Assembly: GCA_907165135.1 (NCBI GenBank)
Contig: OU015568.1
Coordinates: forward strand, 11,470,001 to 11,534,000
DNA length: 64,000 nt
Source: Oikopleura dioica
Lineage: Eukaryota; Animalia; Chordata
Direction of reading: 5' to 3'
The notes beneath the pieces are model-generated. The model did no database searches and had not been told where the DNA came from. It saw only the letters and a program-made list of their open reading frames with translations. Within the stretch, counting starts at the first letter, position 1; each line of letters begins with the position of its first letter. Positions 59,494-64,000 of the stretch are shown in pieces. A program made the translations under genes and the position numbers.

Positions 59494-60177
59494 TTAAAGC
59501 ATCAATTGAATAAATTGACTAATTTTGATGACTTTGCTAAAAGACTCCGAATGCTTCAAACGAGATCAGCTTGAGCTCAAACTTCGCCGCTTTGAAGAGA
59601 AAAACTGACTCTTTCTACGCCGAAATAATCAAAAAAGCAACTGACACTGTATTCAAAATACAACTTGGCAAACAAGATCTTAGCATATCTTAGTAAACAA
59701 AGTCCCTTCTTGAATATCCGTTTTGCTTACCTCGGTACCGTTCCAGGAAGCGCTCGGAGTTGCTCATTATTTTCTTAAACATAAGCAGGTGGATGCTCCA
59801 AAGACCCTTCTAACGGGAACTTATACTCAGGAAAAGCGTTCATAACGGATGACCGTTATCCCGGTTGGTTCCTCCCTTGCCCGCGAAAATCTCCGGCCAG
59901 CGGGAGAAATTTTGCAACTGACAAAGATAAGCCCGACCATCAGTCTTCAATTACCGTAATGTGCGTGAAAGTAATTATACTACTCCACTGATTTAGCGTA
60001 AAATTTCGACAGCTGAAGGAGACATACTTGCTTAGAAGCAACTTAATCTCTACAAGCTGGTGATTTTGAGACACCAAAAGTAAAGAATACGTAGTATCTA
60101 AGGAGTTTGCTCGTCACTGTGAAATTTATGCACAATTTCTCTTGAATATATGATATATATATTATATATCAGATTTA

Positions 60178-61017
60178 TTAAGCATCTTCACTTATAACAG
60201 TCCAGGTTATAGATTGAATTTCACAAACACTGTCATTTTTCTCAAATACAGTACTAATAAAGTTGTAAGAAGAATGAAGAACTTCGTAACGATAATACTT
60301 GAGGCCCATCGAGCGCTTTTCTTCGAAATTCTTTGTTGTAGGAAGCATCTTTATTCTTCTATCTTTCCATTCCTCCCACCCTGAAACTTCATTTTGGGCC
60401 ACGAATCGCAGATTTTGTTTTTGTGGTGTTGTCAAAATTAGACAAAAATAGACCAATTCTTCCGTACATACCCCAGTGATCGTGCGTCGTCTATTTGGAT
60501 CTTTACTATATTCAAGATCGAGCATAGTCTGAAACTGGATCGTCCAACCATTTATAGAAATTGGATAATCAAAGGCAGTAACAATGTTTTCTTTTACACC
60601 TGGTAGTCTTGCTGTTTCGGTTCTATGGTCAGATAATCGGTACACTATCTTTACATTCGCAATTTTCTCACCAGAAGAAAGTGCCTTCAAGAATAAAATA
60701 ACATCGTCTTCAGTACTGGCTTCTCTTTCGTCAACCTGCTCGAAGACCTGTAGCATTCGTTTCTTCGACAAAGATATCTTTTCCTCGTCAGACAGACTGT
60801 TTTTTGTCTTTTCTTTTAGCGTACGGATTTCATCTTTCATTTTTTCAACATCTTCCTGCAGTTTTCGCATTAAATGATCGTTAAGACACTCCCCTTGTTC
60901 TATAATTCGATTCGTTCGAAGAACACCAGGGTCAGGGTCATTTCTGTAATCTCCAAGAGTGCTCTCTGAAGGGGTTGGCGAAAAACCTGATTTTTTACTC
61001 TTTGAATTTTTAGTCAT
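60178..61017 (-). CDS. Intronless coiled-coil + probable MATH/TRAF-like beta-sandwich protein (279 aa)
   Basis: Heptad segment LMRKLQEDVEKMKDEIRTLKEK; C-half pattern YPISINGWTIQF..LVYFCLIL..MGLKYYRYEVL..FEKNDSVCEI resembles the MATH strand layout. Confidence 0.55.
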   Translation of the reverse strand: MTKNSKSKKSGFSPTPSESTLGDYRNDPDPGVLRTNRIIEQGECLNDHLMRKLQEDVEKMKDEIRTLKEKTKNSLSDEEKISLSKKRMLQVFEQVDEREASTEDDVILFLKALSSGEKIANVKIVYRLSDHRTETARLPGVKENIVTAFDYPISINGWTIQFQTMLDLEYSKDPNRRRTITGVCTEELVYFCLILTTPQKQNLRFVAQNEVSGWEEWKDRRIKMLPTTKNFEEKRSMGLKYYRYEVLHSSYNFISTVFEKNDSVCEIQSITWTVISEDA

Positions 61018-64000
61018 TTTTAGACTTTATTTATTCTGCTCACTAAGATGCGCCTCTGATATAAATAGTAACAGAGCTGTGTCAGTTCCGCCGGTCAGAC
61101 CGCTGTGATGAGTAATATTCCGAAAGATAAGTTTTATTACAAAGCAATAAATTATTGATAACGTTTTGTAATCCAAAATTTTTATAGAATTCGTTCATAC
61201 TTCTCTGAAAAGAACGGAGAATAGTCTCGTCTGCTATCGTGAATATAAACCTGCGCAAATACAAGTTCTAATCCTTCTCCCAACGAGAGAATGCATAAAT
61301 GGATCAATCACGCGGCGATTTTCGTCCAAGTTCATCCCTCAAACGCGTTCAATTCTTTATTCAAAAACGCTAAACTAGCGGACAAAAACTCAAGTGAACC
61401 AAAAAATGTTTTTCTAAATAATTTAGTCCGAAAGCCACAAGAATCTCTCTAGTCAACGTGTAAGCCAAATGAATTCCCTGTACTATTTCAGACCTAGAAT
61501 TGGCCAGATCCTTTGTGCAAATCCTATTTTTCGAAAATTCCTGAGGTAGACCTCATCGTCGTGGTTTGCACTCGCGTTCTCCCAAATTAAAGCGATTCTA
61601 AGTGGCACTACACACGCGGGAAAGACCTTTTAGATAGCAAAAGGACGTTTCCGACTTTTCAAGTTGCCGATTAATTATTGACATCGAGGGATCGTTTTTC
61701 GAGTAGCGCTTAATTACGAGAAAGTATTGAATATCCCGCTTCAGCACTTTTTTTCAAAAATGTCAAACGTGTGTTTGAAGTGAGATTCGAATTAAAACCT
61801 CAAACGTTTATCGCTCCTCTGCCTTCTCAAGATACTGCTTCCTATCTGGGAGTAGCTTGCGTTTAGCCTTTTCATAATCCTGGCCGCTGTCTATGGCTGG
61901 CTGAGGTGCCAGATGTCTTCCATCACGCCGATATCGCCAGTTTACATAATCCGCCCTTACAACAAAAATGGCAGAGAGGCTTAGTCTCTGGATAAAAGAT
62001 ATTTAGAAGGACTTTTAATACGCGATGGAAATTTGGAAGTTTCGACTGACTCTCTTTTCTTATCAAGAAACCTTTTAATTTCGAATATCGTAAAAGGCGA
62101 ACTTGGAGCCGCATAAAATCGAGAGAAAACTGAGCAATTAGACCATACAGGGCAGGTTCCATCTCGGATTCAGAACGATCTAAATACTAATCCGCGCGGG
62201 GATTACCCTAAACGTAATGCGCCGATTGGCGTGAAATCCCCTGCCTATCTTTCGTAATTTCGCTGGCTTTGGAACGTGGCACTTATTTCGGTCCAGTTTT
62301 TTCGACGAGAGATGATCGCTTCCGCCTCACTCATTATAAAACAGTTACTTCGGATGTTTACGTGAGAAACACTTTTGCCGCAAAATGGAAGCGACACAGC
62401 AGATTCATCCGGAATCGGGAAATCGCCAACCCAGATTTTTCACTTCCTTTCTATCCTTCCCAGATTTTCATTTTAGAAGTTTTTCAAGATGGCTTTCTTT
62501 TTTAAAAAAGAAGCTGGGCTGGGCAATCTGTGTAGAAAGCCTGAGTCAGGTTCTGACGATCCGAAATGAAAAGCCGGAAAGCGTCATTGCTACGACGAAG
62601 CCACAATTTGTCTCTTTTATATTGGGGAAGCCGCTTTGCGGCTTCTTTTTTTTTTAAAGCCGCTACGCAGCTTTTCTTTTTGGGTCTTCAGAATCTGACT
62701 CATGTTTCCTACTCAGGTTGCTGAGCCCAGAAACGAAGAAAATAGATTAAATATTCAACTAAACAGTTAAATAACGCTTCGACTGTAGAGTTTCGAGAAG
62801 TAAGGATGCTTTTGGTTATGAGCTGGATTCATTCTCCGCCGCAAATGCTCTGTCTAACGGGGTACTTGACGCTAGAAGCTCGCAGATTTACATTTTTTCT
62901 GTTCAATTTCGCGGGTGCTCGAAAAATTCTAGCTCCGAAAAGCACCATAATGAACGGCAAGAAGCATAATTTCCTTCTTCTGTCGCACTTCTTCGCACTA
63001 GCGGGTGGAAAATGGAAGCACGATTAAAATGGAAGTTGGTGCTTTCAGATGATTATTTTTGGCGAAATATATAGTTCGTTTGATCCCATTACGTCCACTC
63101 GTTTCTGTTTGGAGCTTTAGATAAGCTCAGCGGAGAAAAGGAAATATTTTAAAAGAGCTTATTAGAATACACGTTCTAAAAATATAACCCCGTTTATGGA
63201 CCTTTTTGAACGTCAGAAACGCTCTTCACAAAGATCATTTCAACTCGGCGAGTCCGAATTCTAGTCCGAAAAAGTTCGTGGGAGCTGGGAAGGAGTCATA
63301 TGTATTCTAGCATAAGCACTGTATCGCCTCCACCGCAACAGATCGGAGACCGACTTGAGCCCGTTTCCGTGACATGCATACCGCTACTCACCGGTGAATG
63401 CTGATCAGTTAAGGGTTAACTGACGAGGGCACTTAAATCAACCCGGATAGAGAACGTAATCCTGAGTGATATATTCAAATTTATTTTAATCAACTCAGAG
63501 TTTTTTCTTATTCGTCTTACCAACGCAAAACTACTTCCTGCTTTTCATCACTGATTGAATCACTGATGATTAATTAAAACAAGAAAAGAGTAAGAGAGAG
63601 AATTGGTCCACTTGAAGATGAGCTTTAGAAATTTAGAGGTGTTAGAAACAACTTTAATCTCAAGTACAAGTAATTACTGTAAGTAACTCTTCTATTCTCA
63701 GTAAAATATGGAAGTTCCAAATAAGGATGCTGACACAAATTGGCCAGCCATTACCAAGTGTTACGTTTACGAAGCAAATAAAATTATATAACCTTATTAT
63801 TCTCTACAGTTTTATATCAAATTATGAGAAGAAATTTAGTAGAAATTATATAATCGCTGACTGCCAGAGGGATGAAATGCTCTGCCCCGAGTCTCGTGCA
63901 AGTCCTAATCATGCCTTATTTGCGTGTTCAAGGCGAAAGTCGCCTGAAGTGCGTTTACATAACCTTTCTGCAAGGTCTACCTAGCTGACCATTACATAAT

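Noticed and set aside
61082-64000. Short ORFs and small hairpins at the right end (e.g. TCAGTTAA-GGG-TTAACTGA near 63406)
   Set aside because: No recognisable domain, RNA-gene structure or TIR/TSD pair could be supported.
1-64000. tRNA, rRNA, SL RNA or snoRNA genes
   Set aside because: No cloverleaf, rRNA-like or SL-like sequence was recognised by eye; a covariance-model search (Infernal/tRNAscan-SE) would be needed to exclude small ones.

Overview
This is eukaryotic DNA from a very compact animal genome: introns are mostly 30-60 nt, genes are closely packed on one strand, and an AG often sits just before the ATG. The style fits the appendicularian tunicate Oikopleura (inference). Left to right: two tandem ankyrin-like/protein-kinase paralogs (-); an intronless PIM/PASK-family kinase (+); nine co-oriented housekeeping genes that look like an SL trans-spliced operon (RPS15, FKBP4/5, USP39, ATP6V1A, RPF1, TSPAN13/31, PWP2, PPP1R8, RAB3GAP2); choline transporter SLC5A7 (-); an unknown gene; a Venus-flytrap-domain secreted protein; a trypsin-like protease; an expanded PDIA5-like isomerase (-); a very divergent TGF-beta-superfamily ligand; a second PIM-like copy; a CYP3-clan P450 (-); a type I membrane protein (-); a TE-riddled coiled-coil gene; and an intronless coiled-coil/MATH-like ORF. 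I could delimit about ten non-autonomous DNA transposons (hAT-, Kolobok-, Tc1/mariner- and Mutator-type ends) by TIRs and target-site duplications. No transposase gene is present. The most striking observation is that three different hAT-type elements with perfect 8-bp TSDs sit inside coding exons (USP39, the P450, one kinase). In each case, splice-site dinucleotides in the TSD/TIR could restore the frame almost exactly. This suggests introner-like intron gain in progress, and it needs RNA evidence. Exon coordinates are read by eye; spans run from start codon to stop codon and include introns.
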